DNA of 63,658 nucleotides, counting the filler, from Octopus bimaculoides (taxonomy: Eukaryota): the NCBI RefSeq assembly GCF_001194135.2. It is 5 parts of 5 records of this genome, joined end to end, with 100 filler letters (N's around TTAATTAATTAA, not from the genome) between each part and the next. Parts side by side here need not be neighbours in the genome. Positions count along the whole stretch, not along the records: positions 24,601 to 50,496 come from NC_069007.1; positions 50,597 to 59,272 come from NC_068982.1; positions 59,373 to 62,081 come from NC_068989.1; 2 more parts are not named here. The stretch is one strand, 5' to 3'. The number at the start of each line of letters is the position of its first letter. The stretch's first letter is position 1. The notes under the pieces are model-generated. The model made no database searches and was not told the origin of the DNA. It saw only the letters and a list, made by a program, of their open reading frames with translations. This document shows, in pieces, positions 49,587-62,076 of this stretch. Made by a program: the position numbers and the translations under genes.

Positions 49587-49975
49587 GTGGAGGCGCAATG
49601 GCCCAGTGGTTAGGACAGCGGACTCGCGGTCATAGGATCGCGGTTTCGATTCCCAGACCGGGCGTTGTGAGTGTTTATTGAGTGAAAACACCTAAAGCTG
49701 CACGAGGCTCCGGCAGGGGATAGTGGCGAACCCTGCTGTACTCTTTCACCACAACTTTCTCACTCTTTCTTCCTGTTTCTGTTGTGCCTGTAATTCAAAG
49801 GGTCAGCCTTGTCACACTGTGTCACGCTGAATATCCCCCGAGAACTACGTTAAGGGTACACGTGTCTGTGGAGTGCTCAGCCACTTGCACGTTAATTTCA
49901 CGAGCAGGCTGTTCCGTTGATCGGATCAACTGGAACCCTCGACGTCGTAAGCGACGGAGTGCCAACAACAACAAC
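49587..49975 (+). mobile_element. SINE family C, full length, with 13-bp TSD
   Basis: A-box TGGCCCAGTGG, B-box GGTTTCGATTCC, (ACA)n tail, and ATTAATTACTCCT at 49574-86 and 49976-88. Confidence 0.95.
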
Positions 49976-50251
49976 ATTAATTACTCCTATAAAAGTATTT
50001 AACTTTAAAATTGAAAACACATAATTTATAATTACTTTATCAACTTAAGGTAATGAGTTCAACTCTTAGCATTTCCCAAAAATGCGACAAAGAACAGTCC
50101 TGGAAGGATAAGTTTCTCAAACATTTAACGTTTTAAAAGATGGGATAGAATAAAATTGATTAAATATTTAATACATTTTCATGGCAATCGTAATATCTAT
50201 TCTATGTTCCCAGGAATTATCTTTTATCCTTTATTTATTTTCTTTCAATCA

Positions 50252-50425
50252 CTAGGCTGCCGCAGTGAAGGATTTCTGTCGAATGAATTGACCCCAATAA
50301 CTTTTTTGTTTAAAGCCTAGAACTTGTTCAATCGATCACTTTTTGCCAAACCGCTACGTTACGGGGACTTAAGCACATCAACTTCGGTTGCCAGGTGGCG
50401 ATGGGGGACAAACATAAACAGAAGG

Positions 50426-50430
<5 letters not shown>
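50252..50430 (-). mobile_element. SINE family A 3' part
   Basis: Reverse complement of tttgtcccccatcgcc..ccccgtaacgtagcggtttggcaaaa..ggggtcaattcattcgac. Confidence 0.8.
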
Positions 50431-50496
<66 letters not shown>

Positions 50497-50596
50497 NNNN
50501 NNNNNNNNNNNNNNNNNNNNNNNNNNNNNNNNNNNNNNNNTTAATTAATTAANNNNNNNNNNNNNNNNNNNNNNNNNNNNNNNNNNNNNNNNNNNN
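50497..50596. other. Assembly join: 44 N + TTAATTAATTAA + 44 N
   Basis: Linker at 50541-52. Confidence 0.95.
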
Positions 50597-50722
50597 CCTT
50601 TGTACATTGGGCCTCACCGAGGCGATGACTACTGACCGAGACCTTTGGAAATGTGCTGTGTGTGAGAAGACCCGGCAAGCCAAGTAAGATCGTTGCCAGT
50701 GCCCCTGGACTGGTTCTTGTGC
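50597..50722 (+). mobile_element. Repeat family E fragment
   Basis: gatcgttgccagtgcccctggactgg..ttgtgcgggtggcac shared with 53880-53945. Confidence 0.7.
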
Positions 50723-50754
50723 GGGTGGCACATGAGATATATATATATATATAT

Positions 50755-50922
50755 ATACGACAGGCTTCTTTCAGTTTCCATCTACCAAATCCACTCACAA
50801 GGCTTTGGTCGGCCCGAGGCTATAGTAGAAGACGCTTGCCCAAGGTGCCACACAGTGGGACTGAACGCAGAACCATGCGGTCGGTAAGCAAGCCACTTTC
50901 CACACAGCCACTCCTGCGCCTA
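50755..50922 (-). mobile_element. SINE family A 5' part
   Basis: Reverse complement of ataggcgcaggagtggctgtgtgg..ggttctgcgttcagtcccactgtgtggcaccttgggcaag..gaaagaagcctgtcg. Confidence 0.88.
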
Positions 50923-51279
50923 TGACAAGATATGATGGTGTTAAGGAAATGGTGGTATTGTTTGAAAGTGGTTTAGCTTTGCTTCTTGTTATTATTTCTT
51001 CATCTTTCTATCAACTACAACTTTTCATTTGCATTTGTCACAATAACAGATATACCATATATCTTGTTGCATTGTCTGTGTCATCATAGCACCACCGTCC
51101 TCCAAGATACTGACTATGGTTTTGGAAGGAAGCCCATACTTCATCTTCCCATAAGTCAATTGCTGTTGCTGCTGTAGAACTGAAGTGTGGAGTGTTATCA
51201 GAATGGTTAATATAATAGTCTTCAGGTGACGACTGTCTGTTGAATTTGAAATAGAATTTATATGAGGAAACATGTGTAT

Positions 51280-51425
51280 CTGTGTGGTAAGAAGTTTGCT
51301 TCCCAACTACATGGTTCTAGGTTCAGTCCCACTCTATGGCACCATGGGCAAGTGCCTTCTATTATAGCCCTGGATCAACCAAAGCCTTGTGAGTGGATTT
51401 GATAGATAGGCACTGAAACCAGCTT

Positions 51426-51430
<5 letters not shown>
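51280..51430 (+). mobile_element. SINE family A 5' part, CpG-decayed
   Basis: gtgtggtaagaagtttgcttcccaactacatggttctaggttcagtccc..ccaaagccttgtgagtggatttg. Confidence 0.85.
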
Positions 51431-51486
<56 letters not shown>

Positions 51487-51595
51487 ACTTTTATTAAAGC
51501 TGAAGAAATTTTCACAAACTGTTACTCAGAGTTTCACATTACCATTCGTCAGACAGTTGTGATCATACTAAAATAAAATTGTGAAGATACACAGA

Positions 51596-51990
51596 TAGGC
51601 GTAGGAGTGGCTGTGTGGTAAGTAGTTTGCTTACCAACCACATGGTTCCGGTTTCAGTCCCACTGCATGGCACCTTGTGCAAGTGTCTTCTACTATAGCC
51701 TCGGGCCGACCAAAGCCTTGTGGGTAGACGGAAACTGAAAGAAGCCCGTCGTATATATGTGTATATATATATATATATATGTGTGTGTATCTGTGTTTGT
51801 CCCCCTAACATCGCTTGACAACCAATGCTGGTGTGTTTACGTCCCCGTAACTTAGCGGTTTGGCAAAAGAGACCGTTAGAATAAGTACTAGACTTCCAAA
51901 GAATAAGTCCTGGGGTCGATTTGCTCGACTAAAGGCAGTGCTCCAGCATGGCCACAGTCAAATGACTGAAACAAGTAAAAGAGTAAAATA
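51596..51990 (+). mobile_element. SINE family A, full length
   Basis: Complete head, body and gagtaaaa tail. Confidence 0.92.
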
Positions 51991-52269
51991 GTATACATGT
52001 AATATGATATATAATGTAATACAATCCAATGAATAAGCAATTAAATTTGATTGGGTGACTACTTTTCAAAAACAGCAGTGTCATTTCTCTACTTGTGTTG
52101 GGGTGGGGTGAGGTGGAATGGGGGTAAAACTTAATGGTGAAATAAAATAAGAAGCATAGAAGGAGGACATTGAACAATGATTATGTATATGTCCATATAT
52201 GTGTGAGTGTTTGTAACTCCTCTTCACATTGCATGTTAGTTGTAAATGATTGTTGCTGTCATACAAACA

Positions 52270-52450
52270 CTGTTATTCCTTTCCTATATACTGCAAGAAA
52301 ATGTCTGGCCATGAGAGAATATTTCTTTGCTTGGAAACAGGTAAGGGTTGATGACAGGATGGGCATCCAGCCATAGAAAATCTTCCTCAATAAACTCCAT
52401 CTGACCCATGCAGACATGGAAGTGTGAACGTCAGAATGATGAGGAGGAAG
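52270..52450 (+). mobile_element. Family E-related repeat 3' end
   Basis: gggcatccagcc..tagaaaa..gacccatgcagacatggaa..gaacgtcagaatgatga resembles the family E tail. Confidence 0.55.
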
Positions 52451-53020
52451 ATGGTGATGGCAGCAGCAGCGGCGGCAGTGATGACAACAATGATGACAAA
52501 GAAGGAGAAGCAGGAACATATATATTACAATTGTGACCATATTCTGAGATTAAATCCTTTATGCTAAAGTATCTATAAAGTACTTCAGAAAGTTGAATAA
52601 TTATATCTTTTGTAGTCAGACCTGAATGCTAATGTTACAAGCAAGAACCTCCTTCAGTGTGGGAAAAATAATGTTACATTTATTTTTAAACCAGTATATT
52701 AAGACACTATAAAACAATACCTTCGTATACTAGGATTGCTTCTATCAACTATACTCCTCCTTCCCCTCCTCTTCAAACATACTGCTACCACCAACATTAC
52801 CACTACACACAATATTTGCCTAGATACATAAAGAAGAAAATATTGATGAAGGCTGCCTGAACTCCAGCAATCATTTGTTTGTTGGTCATGAAGTGGATTA
52901 CAGGCAAGTGTATGAAAACAAAAAGGGTTGTGTAAAAGCACAGTCAGAAATTCAAGTGGCTTTATCCTGTCTGACTTCTACAAGTATATAATATAGTACA
53001 CATATGCATTGTATATATTA

Positions 53021-53244
53021 CAATAATCCCTCGACTACTGTGGGTGTTACGTTCCAAAAAACCCCACAATTGGTGAAAATCCACAAAATAGAAACAGTAC
53101 TGTACTGTATATTTTTTTTAATTATTATTTTTATAGTTTGTATGTATTTATTTATTATAAATGCAAACAACACCATAGAGGAATCAACATAAGCTTAAAT
53201 AATAAACCATGATAGGTGAACTGCAATATGGTGAGGGATTACTG
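53021..53244. mobile_element. Tigger/pogo-type MITE with TA TSD
   Basis: TA-CAATAATCCCTC ... GAGGGATTACTG-TA terminal inverted repeats. Confidence 0.8.
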
Positions 53245-53710
53245 TATATATATNNNNNNNNNNNNNNNNNNNNNNNNNNNNNNNNNNNNNNNNNNNNNNN
53301 NNNNNNNNNNNNNNNNNNNNNNNNNNNNNNNNNNNNNNNNNNNNNNNNNNNNNNNNNNNNNNNNNNNNNNNNNNNNNNNNNNNNNNNNNNNNNNNNNNNN
53401 NNNNNNNNNNNNNNNNNNNNNNNNNNNNNNNNNNNNNNNNNNNNNNNNNNNNNNNNNNNNNNNNNNNNNNNNNNNNNNNNNNNNNNNNNNNNNNNNNNNN
53501 NNNNNNNNNNNNNNNNNNNNNNNNNNNNNNNNNNNNNNNNNNNNNNNNNNNNNNNNNNNNNNNNNNNNNNNNNNNNNNNNNNNNNNNNNNNNNNNNNNNN
53601 NNNNNNNNNNNNNNNNNNNNNNNNNNNNNNNNNNNNNNNNNNNNNNNNNNNNNNNNNNNNNNNNNNNNNNNNNNNNNNNNNNNNNNNNNNNNNNNNNNNN
53701 NNNNNNNNNN

Positions 53711-53754
<44 letters not shown>

Positions 53755-53765
53755 CGAACTAAATT

Positions 53766-54190
53766 AGACGACTGGCACCCATGCCAACGTCGTCTCCTTC
53801 ATTGGACACGAAACTGGGCTTGAGAAGACCTGTTGGGGCAAGCGAAAGCGAAATCGTGATGGCACTTGTGCCCGTGGCACCTGTAAAGACTTTCGAGCGA
53901 GATCGTTGCCAGTGCCCCTGGACTGGCTCTTGTGCAGGTAGCACGTAAAATACACCATTTTGAGCGTGGCCATTGCCAGTACCGCCTGACTGGCCTTCGT
54001 GCCGGTGGCACGTAAAAGCACCCACTACACTCTCAGAGTGGTTGGCATTAGGAAGGGCATGCAGCTGTAGAAACTCTGCCAAATTAGATTGGAGCCTGGT
54101 GTAGCCATCTGGTTCGCCAGTCCTCAGTCAAATCATCCAATCCATGCTAGCATGGAAAGCGGATGTTAAACGATGATGATGATGATGATG
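53766..54190 (+). mobile_element. Repeat family E (SINE or LINE-tail-like, ending in (GAT)n)
   Basis: Inverted copy at 58328-58700; ends ccatgctagcatggaaagcggatgttaaacgatgatgatg. Confidence 0.75.
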
Positions 54191-54242
54191 TAGATATATG
54201 TGTGTGTTAGTATATATGTGTGTGTATAGACACACACACACA

Positions 54243-54655
54243 TAGGCACAGGCATGGTTGTGTGATAAGAATATACATACACATAGACACAGGTGTGGCT
54301 GTGTGGTTCAATCCTACTGTGTGGCACCTTGGTTGCAAGTCTTCTATTGTAGCCACAGGCCAACAAAAGCCTTGTGAATGGATTTGGTAGATGGAAACTG
54401 AAAGAAGCCCATTATGTGTGTGTGTGTATCTTTGTCTCTGTGTTTGTATCCAACACACACACACACACACACTGCTTGACAACCAGTGTTGGTATGTTTA
54501 CATCCCTGTAATTTAGCAGTTAGTTTGGCAAGAGAAACCAATAGAAATAAGTGCCAGACTTAAAAAATAAGTACCGGGGTCGATTTGTTCAACTAAAATT
54601 TTTCAAGGCAGTGCCCTAGCATGGCTACAGTCTGATGATTGAAACAAGTAAAAGA
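54243..54655 (+). mobile_element. SINE family A, heavily CpG-decayed
   Basis: Same layout as 51596-51990 with CG changed to TG or CA throughout. Confidence 0.85.
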
Positions 54656-54959
54656 TATATATATATGTGCACACAACAGACTTCTTCAGTTTCTGTCTAC
54701 AACTTTTCCTCACAAGATATTGGTCATCCTGTGGCAGTTGTATAATACATTAGACAACAGTGTTCATGTAATAGGACCAACCCTCCTATGTGATTCTGAA
54801 GCAAACTTCTTAACTACACAGCCACATATAACATCAAATCAAAGGATCAAATGTCCTTCCCAAGCCATAGGCTCATAAGGCTGGTTTCCCAGCCTTCTGT
54901 GGCATATATAGTCACCTCCTTGATGGGACAGTGGTTCATGACAGGATTACTCATTTTGA

Positions 54960-55080
54960 GCAGCTGAAGTTGAATGAAGTGTTTTGCTCAAGAACACAAT
55001 GCATCACTTGGTCCAGGAATCAAAATCATAATCTTACAATCATGAGTCCAACACCCTAACCACCAAGCAACACACCTCCG
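54960..55080 (-). mobile_element. tRNA-like SINE head plus CORE-like start, CpG-decayed
   Basis: Minus strand ggaggtgtgttgcttggtggttagggtgttggactc..gattcctggacc..cttgagcaaaacacttcatt. Confidence 0.65.
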
Positions 55081-55082
55081 CC

Positions 55083-55132
<50 letters not shown>

Positions 55133-55137
55133 TATGT

Positions 55138-55815
55138 CACAGGATATTTTCTTGCCTTCATATATTTAATTGCTTCATTTATCATACTGCAGTCCACTAG
55201 AATGGTTGGTCCGTCTATTGGGTGCCTCCTTTTTCTCTCACAGTTAATGACCTTTCATTAGTAGCACTTCTGTTCCTCTTTTCAGGGCTACAAGGTGAAA
55301 GTTTGCCACAATCCATTTGTATACACTTCTCTACTTAATGCCTCTGTTTACTTTGGTACACTGCCTTGCAATCCTCTGGTCCTCACACTTTGGAACATTG
55401 GCAAACATCTTACTTTCTATTACTCCCCTGGTTAAATATTCCTATCTTCTCTTCTAACTACCTCATATAATACTCTGTTGTCCCCATTCTCCTCATCTTT
55501 CCAAGCCTGTTTCTTCTCTTTTGTGGTTTTGTCTACCTCACTGTTCTACCACCCTCAATTTGACTGGCCTCTTGCATTAGCCACACATTTGCTTTGTAGC
55601 CCTCAATAGGTCATCCTCTAGAAAGTTCCAGTTGTTCCCTATGCTATGCATTTCTATTTTACTTCCTTTTCATGAAATGCTTCAAGTAGTACTTCTCTAA
55701 ATTTCTGACTATTCAATGGTTCCTCAAGCTTCTCTGTTTTCTCTTTTTAGATTGGTTTGTATCTTCGAGTCCTTCTAGTTCTAAGTTTGAAGTCACTAAT
55801 CACTATCTTATGTTG
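55138..55815 (-). pseudogene. RTE LINE endonuclease-RT linker fragment, highly decayed
   Basis: QHKIVISDFKL..KLEEPLNSQKFREVLLEAF..WNFLEDDLLRATKQMCG..NSEVDKTTKEKKQAWKD..IARQC..IDGPTILVDCSMINEAIKYMKARK. Confidence 0.75.
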
Positions 55816-58327
55816 TACTGTACATTCTTCGGATCTTGTTCAAAACGGGGGCACCAGTTTTCATTAATGTTTTATGTAGTGTTTTTGGTACCGAAAGACT
55901 TTCAAACTTTGTATACTTATCTATTTTGTGTTATAGAACAGAAAAAAATTTTTGTATTCAGATTTATTTCATGTAAAAAATTGTCTTATTTCGATAATTT
56001 CAACCAATCACTGACAAGTATTCAACTGTTTACAGTTACTCCTAAGCGGTGTAAAATGTATTTAATCTGCATTACTTCTGACATTTTGCAGAGGCAACAC
56101 ACGTGTGTTCGTTTTCCCTAACCCTAACCGACTTGCTCCTTCCCTCAAAAACCATGCCTTGTGCCTATAATAGAAAGGTTTATTAGCTACTGCCAATATG
56201 CTTCAGCCATTTTTTNNNNNNNNNNNNNNNNNNNNNNNNNNNNNNNNNNNNNNNNNNNNNNNNNNNNNNNNNNNNNNNNNNNNNNNNNNNNNNNNNNNNN
56301 NNNNNNNNNNNNNNNNNNNNNNNNNNNNNNNNNNNNNNNNNNNNNNNNNNNNNNNNNNNNNNNNNNNNNNNNNNNNNNNNNNNNNNNNNNNNNNNNNNNN
56401 NNNNNNNNNNNNNNNNNNNNNNNNNNNNNNNNNNNNNNNNNNNNNNNNNNNNNNNNNNNNNNNNNNNNNNNNNNNNNNNNNNNNNNNNNNNNNNNNNNNN
56501 NNNNNNNNNNNNNNNNNNNNNNNNNNNNNNNNNNNNNNNNNNNNNNNNNNNNNNNNNNNNNNNNNNNNNNNNNNNNNNNNNNNNNNNNNNNNNNNNNNNN
56601 NNNNNNNNNNNNNNNNNNNNNNNNNNNNNNNNNNNNNNNNNNNNNNNNNNNNNNNNNNNNNNNNNNNNNNNNNNNNNNNNNNNNNNNNNNNNNNNNNNNN
56701 NNNNNNNNNNNNNNNNNNNNNNNNNNNNNNNNNNNNNNNNNNNNNATGAACAGAAATAAGGATATAATCAAAACTAGTTAAAGGATACACTTTTAAAAAT
56801 GGATTTGTTTCATTGGTCCTTTCAATTAACGGTCTTAAGCATGCAATGAACAAAATAAATGAATTCAATATAAATTCATCCTATTGTAAAATCAAAGAAA
56901 ACCTTAAATCAAAGAGTAGATTCAAAATACATATTGTAAATAATTATATACGAAATATAAGTCAATTAATACATTAAAATTAAAATTTTCACGCTGCATT
57001 ACATAAATATTTTACAACAGTATATACCCATATATACTAGACCATCTATAATATACATATATACATCAAAATACACAGATGCATGCACATAGCTACATAC
57101 ATATACAGGCATATATATGTAAGACAAAAATATACGCACAAATACATATATGCACAAAACCATGCATGGACTTCAATATCAAAGCCTATTCTCCAATTAC
57201 TTCCACCAACCATGTGGTTAGCCATTACGCTTTATTTTTTCAAGTAATTCATTACTACATATTCTCATAAACCTATGCTCATATTCTCACGAGCATAAGC
57301 TCAGTTTATGTTTCTTATTCTACAGCCACACCAGCAATCCAATGTCAACCCTTCGCCTTCTGCAACATTTCAACAGTTCACTTCCCTGTTGCCATCTCCC
57401 ATTGCAGCCCCTTTCTGGAATGTACCCATTTATGTACAATGTCTCCATTACGCCTACATTCATTTGACTGTCACCCAAACAATAGGTTGTGTTAGACTCA
57501 GCGCCAACTGCCACAAAGTAGAGTATATCCACTGACAGCTTTTCAGTGTGTTCAAAAATCATATACACCCCACCACCACCACCACCACCAATGTCATGCA
57601 TCCAGACGGATGCAAGACATGTCACTTAGTCAAATTGGCCCTTCATTTACTGCACGAATGTTTTATCGTCAATGTTGCACTTTCCCATATCACGTTTCAA
57701 CATAACTGTAATATATATATACAAACTATGCCATTTTAATCCAGAATGATGCCAAGTATATCTGCTAGTATTCTATATTGAAAAGAAATTTGCTATTCAA
57801 TTCAATAGAATTTTTTCCCCAAAACAACATATTCCCAAAAAACAAAACATGCATGCACACACACACAGAGTAAAAGAATAACAATTTTCTTCCAAATCCT
57901 TTCAGACCATCCTTAATCAATTTAACACAATATATACACATATATACACACACCCCTCACCATAAATGTGCTATTTAATTCAATATAAATTTTAACACTT
58001 GACTCCATTCCAGACCCCTGTATAGACAACTTATATAAGAGACTTTAAGAGAAAATATCAAACATGTTCTTAACTATACTCAGAATATGAGAACAAACTG
58101 TTTAAATTTCCAATTTTTTCTTATTTCCTACTCCTTGATTTTGAATCTTTAATATTTGACAAGGTGGACATACACATTGAAACGGGTAATGTTTTATAAA
58201 AGTTACTTTATGTAACAAATATAAAAATACTTGTCCTGTCTGAGTAAAAGAAAAAAAGTAAAAAGCATCTTTAAACATACATCCATGCTGCTTCCACTTT
58301 TACTTTTTACCTATATATATATATATA

Positions 58328-58700
58328 TCACCGTCGTCATCGTTTAACGTCTGCTTTCCATGCTGGCATGGGTTGGACAGTTTTGACTCAGAACTAGCAA
58401 GCCAGAAAGCTGCACCAGGTTCTAGTCTGATTTGGCAAGGTTTCTACAGCTGGATGCCCTTCCTAATGCCTACCACTCTGAGAGGGTAGTGGGTGTTTTT
58501 TACATGCCACTGGCACAGGAGCCAGTCAGACGGCACTGGCATCAGCCACGCTTGAATGGTGCTTTTTACGTGTCACCCGCACAGGTACCAGTCAGATGGC
58601 GCTGAATGGGTGCCAGTCAGGTGAGACTGGCATCAGCCACACTCAAATGGTGTTTTGTATGTGCCACCAGCACGGATGCCAGTCAGGTGGCACTGGTATT
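58328..58700 (-). mobile_element. Repeat family E with internal tandem subunits
   Basis: Reverse complement of the 53950-54180 tail, plus repeated gccagtcag..gcactggcatcagccac..aatggtg units. Confidence 0.75.
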
Positions 58701-59061
58701 TATATATATATATATATATATGTGTGTCTGTGTGTGTGATTGAGTGAATATATATATACATGTATATATGCATGTATATGTATGTGTGAATGTGTATGTA
58801 TATCCATGGGTATATACTAATGTATATATGTGTGTACATACATATATACATGTATGTATATGCATGTGTACATGATTATATGTTACAATACAGGTAGAGA
58901 AATTTGAAAAGAAAACACGAAACCGGTTATTTCCCCAAATACAATGTTTCTATACCCAAAATTTTATAACATTTTTCTGACATAACGATGTAAATATATA
59001 TTTTAACTATGTAACACAAGCCTTCTGTAGTTTTTTCACTCTTGTTTATCTTTTATATATA

Positions 59062-59660
59062 TACTAGCAGTATAACCCGACCTTGTCCGGGTGTGACTTA
59101 TTATGCCATCTACGATAAGTCTTGCTAGCTGAAAATCAACTAAAAAAGAAAGCCTTACAACGAAAAAACCCTTATGATGTAAATATGTTCATAATTCTAA
59201 AGACGATGAAATTAATACGGAAAGTCTGAAGTCTGTTTTGCGTAAAATTATTAAGCATACGTAAATTTCATCNNNNNNNNNNNNNNNNNNNNNNNNNNNN
59301 NNNNNNNNNNNNNNNNTTAATTAATTAANNNNNNNNNNNNNNNNNNNNNNNNNNNNNNNNNNNNNNNNNNNNGGTGAGAGAAATATTTTTTTCCTTAGCC
59401 GCTTTGTCTCCCTCTTCCACTTTTTCATTTTTTTTTTTTAGACGCTTGGCAAACACTCTGTTTCTCCCCTTGTCACAAACACACTATTTCTTTCTTTCTC
59501 TCTTTTTTCTCTCTCTCTCTCTTTCTTTCTTTCTCTCTCTTTCTTTCTTTCTCCCTCTCTTTCTTTCTTTCTCTCTCTCTCCTTCACGCGCGTACGCACA
59601 GATTTGACTTCGCCATGTCAACAAGCTTCAAAATTATATATGTATGTATGTATATATATT
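59062..59660 (+). mobile_element. Possible non-autonomous Helitron-like element spanning an assembly join
   Basis: 5' TACTAGCAG..ACCCGACCTTGTCCGGGT hairpin-like start and 3' AAAATTATATATGTAT end resemble invertebrate Helitron/Helentron ends (recalled pattern only). Confidence 0.3.
59273..59372. other. Assembly join: 44 N + TTAATTAATTAA + 44 N
   Basis: Linker at 59317-28. Confidence 0.95.
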
Positions 59661-59806
59661 ATGTCAGGTTGCTCTTATGTAATCCAGTACAACCTGTTGC
59701 ATGGTTGGGTTGTCAGGAACTAAACTGGCAACGGCCATCCAATAAAATATCTATAAATATGTATATACTTATAGATATTTTGAACTCTTAAATATATTAG
59801 TTTGTC

Positions 59807-60907
59807 ACTATTGGAGAACTGAGAGAGTGCCACAAGACTGGATTGAGGCCATTTTAGTTTTCTTGTATAAATCGGGGCCAAAGGATCTGTGTAGTAATTT
59901 TCGTGGGGTTTCACTTTTGTCTGTGGTTGGAAAGATACTTGCCCACATTTTGTTAGAACGTTTAAATACCTTTATAGTTACAAATATAGTGTCTGAGTCT
60001 CAGTGTGGTTTTCTTTCCTCCAGAGGCACAGCTGATTGTATCTTTACCATCAGACAATTACAAGAAAAGTGCATTAAACAGAATCTTGTTCTATATCATT
60101 TCTTTGTTGATTTGAGCAAAGCAGTCGATACTGTTAATCGAAATGCTCTGTGGCTAATTCTAAGGAAAATAGGTTGCCCAGAAAAATTTGTAAACATAAT
60201 CAGGGCTTTGCGTCAAGATATGAAAGCTAGAGTTAACTTTGGTGGTAGGCTCTGAATTTTTTGCCATGAAAAATGGAGTAAAGCAAGGAGGCCTTGATGC
60301 ACCCACCTTCTTTGCAATATACTTTGCTGTTGTGTTTTTACATGCTTTTCAAAGCTCTGAGGAGGGTATTTACATAAAATATCAAACAACAGGGAATGTT
60401 TTTAATCTGACCAGACTGAAATTCAAAACGAAGGTTTTTACTTCACTGATTAAGGAACTTTTATATGCTGATGATTGTGATCTTGTCAGTCATTCTGAAA
60501 TAGGTCTGCAATCTCTTGTATCTGCATTTGACTCAGCTTGTGATGATTTTGGCTTGACCATCAACTTGAAAAAAAAAAGCAGTTGTAATGCAACAACCTG
60601 CGTGTGGTGCTGTTTGTAACACCACTAAGATTTTTGTTAAGGGTAAGTTACTTGAGGGTGTTAATTTGTTCATCTACCTTGGAAGCTCTGTACAAAATGA
60701 TGGAAATCTTGATGCAGAAATACATCTGCGAATTCAAAGGGCAGCAAACGCAATTAGTGGTTTGGAGTCACGCATTTGGTGCCAGCGACATATAAATAAG
60801 AATACAAAGCTGGCTCTTTACAAATCATTTGTCTTACCATCCCTGTTGTATTCTTGTGAAACATGGATTTGTTATGAAAGGCATTTTAAATTGTTAGAAT
60901 AATTCCA
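59807..60907 (+). pseudogene. RTE-clade (BovB-like) LINE reverse transcriptase pseudogene
   Basis: PQDW..NFRGVSLLSVVGKI..ESQCGF..FVDLSKAVDTVNR..NGVKQGG..LLYADDCDL..GLTINLKK..FIYLGS..LPSLLYSCETW, across two frameshifts and ending at a gap. Confidence 0.96.
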
Positions 60908-61130
60908 NNNNNNNNNNNNNNNNNNNNNNNNNNNNNNNNNNNNNNNNNNNNNNNNNNNNNNNNNNNNNNNNNNNNNNNNNNNNNNNNNNNNNNNNNNNNN
61001 NNNNNNNNNNNNNNNNNNNNNNNNNNNNNNNNNNNNNNNNNNNNNNNNNNNNNNNNNNNNNNNNNNNNNNNNNNNNNNNNNNNNNNNNNNNNNNNNNNNN
61101 NNNNNNNNNNNNNNNNNNNNNNNNNNNNNN

Positions 61131-61171
<41 letters not shown>

Positions 61172-61946
61172 CATAATAAAAAAACTGGGTTAGCTGGTAC
61201 TACTACAATTGTTTGATAAGAATCTTCATTGTGATATAAACTTGATACAGTCAGGCAAGCAGTATGCACAACTTCAATACAATTATGTGATACAATTTGC
61301 AACTCTCAACCCATTGTGCTTACCAACTAAAATAAGCAAGCAGTCCACATTGATTAATTAATAGACCATTAACAAGTGAAATTTCAAATTAGAATTGCCA
61401 ACATTTAAGAAATGTAAAGTAGGTGGGACTACTACAGTCTGTCAAATACAACTGTGGCTAGCAGAATGAGGCTGTACACTGGGGAATTGTTAAAAGGCAT
61501 TCCTATTGTATAGATGTCATTAAACTTAGAAACTGTTGTGTATTGAACTTCTAATCAATATGTTACAAATACTGTCCATTTTTTCTATATAGTGCAATTA
61601 AAATAAACTGGGACCTACAATTGATTCCATCACTACAAGATTATGGTTGATGCTGTTAACCCTTCTCATACATTCTGTTGTTGGCTGTGTTTCTGCTATG
61701 GCAAGATAGAAATTCACAGTTTACAGCTATTTGATCCTTGTTCCTATACCTGTGCCTATGAAATAAGCAAATGACAAAACTTGACAATGGTGTCGCAAAC
61801 GCAATCATCACAAATGTAAACAGAAGCTGGATAGCTAGTTTTGACCAGCTGCTCCTGTCAATGAACAGTTGTCAACCTGCCCGGGTAGGAATCAACTTGA
61901 GGTTAGGCAATGACAACTGCAGCATCAAGGTAGAGAAACCTCAAAT

Positions 61947-61947
61947 A

Positions 61948-62022
<75 letters not shown>

Positions 62023-62041
62023 GTGATGATGGTGATGATGG

Positions 62042-62076
<35 letters not shown>

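Noticed and set aside
49587-49665. tRNA-like sequence here and in other SINE heads
   Set aside because: No acceptor-stem closure, and each continues into a SINE body, so these are not tRNA genes.
51055-51237. Minus-strand 60-codon open frame with possible AG/GT ends (QSSPEDYY...DLWEDEVW...)
   Set aside because: No recognisable domain, weak donor and no partner exon; expected by chance at this length.
52824-52984. Plus-strand 53-codon open frame after cctAG (IHKEENIDEGCLNSS...)
   Set aside because: Not LRR-like, wrong phase for the 49000 donor, and only GC or weak donors; unsupported without RNA-seq.
57330-57400. GSELLKCCRRRRVDIG on the minus strand, resembling an RTE endonuclease start
   Set aside because: Too short and decayed to support a call.
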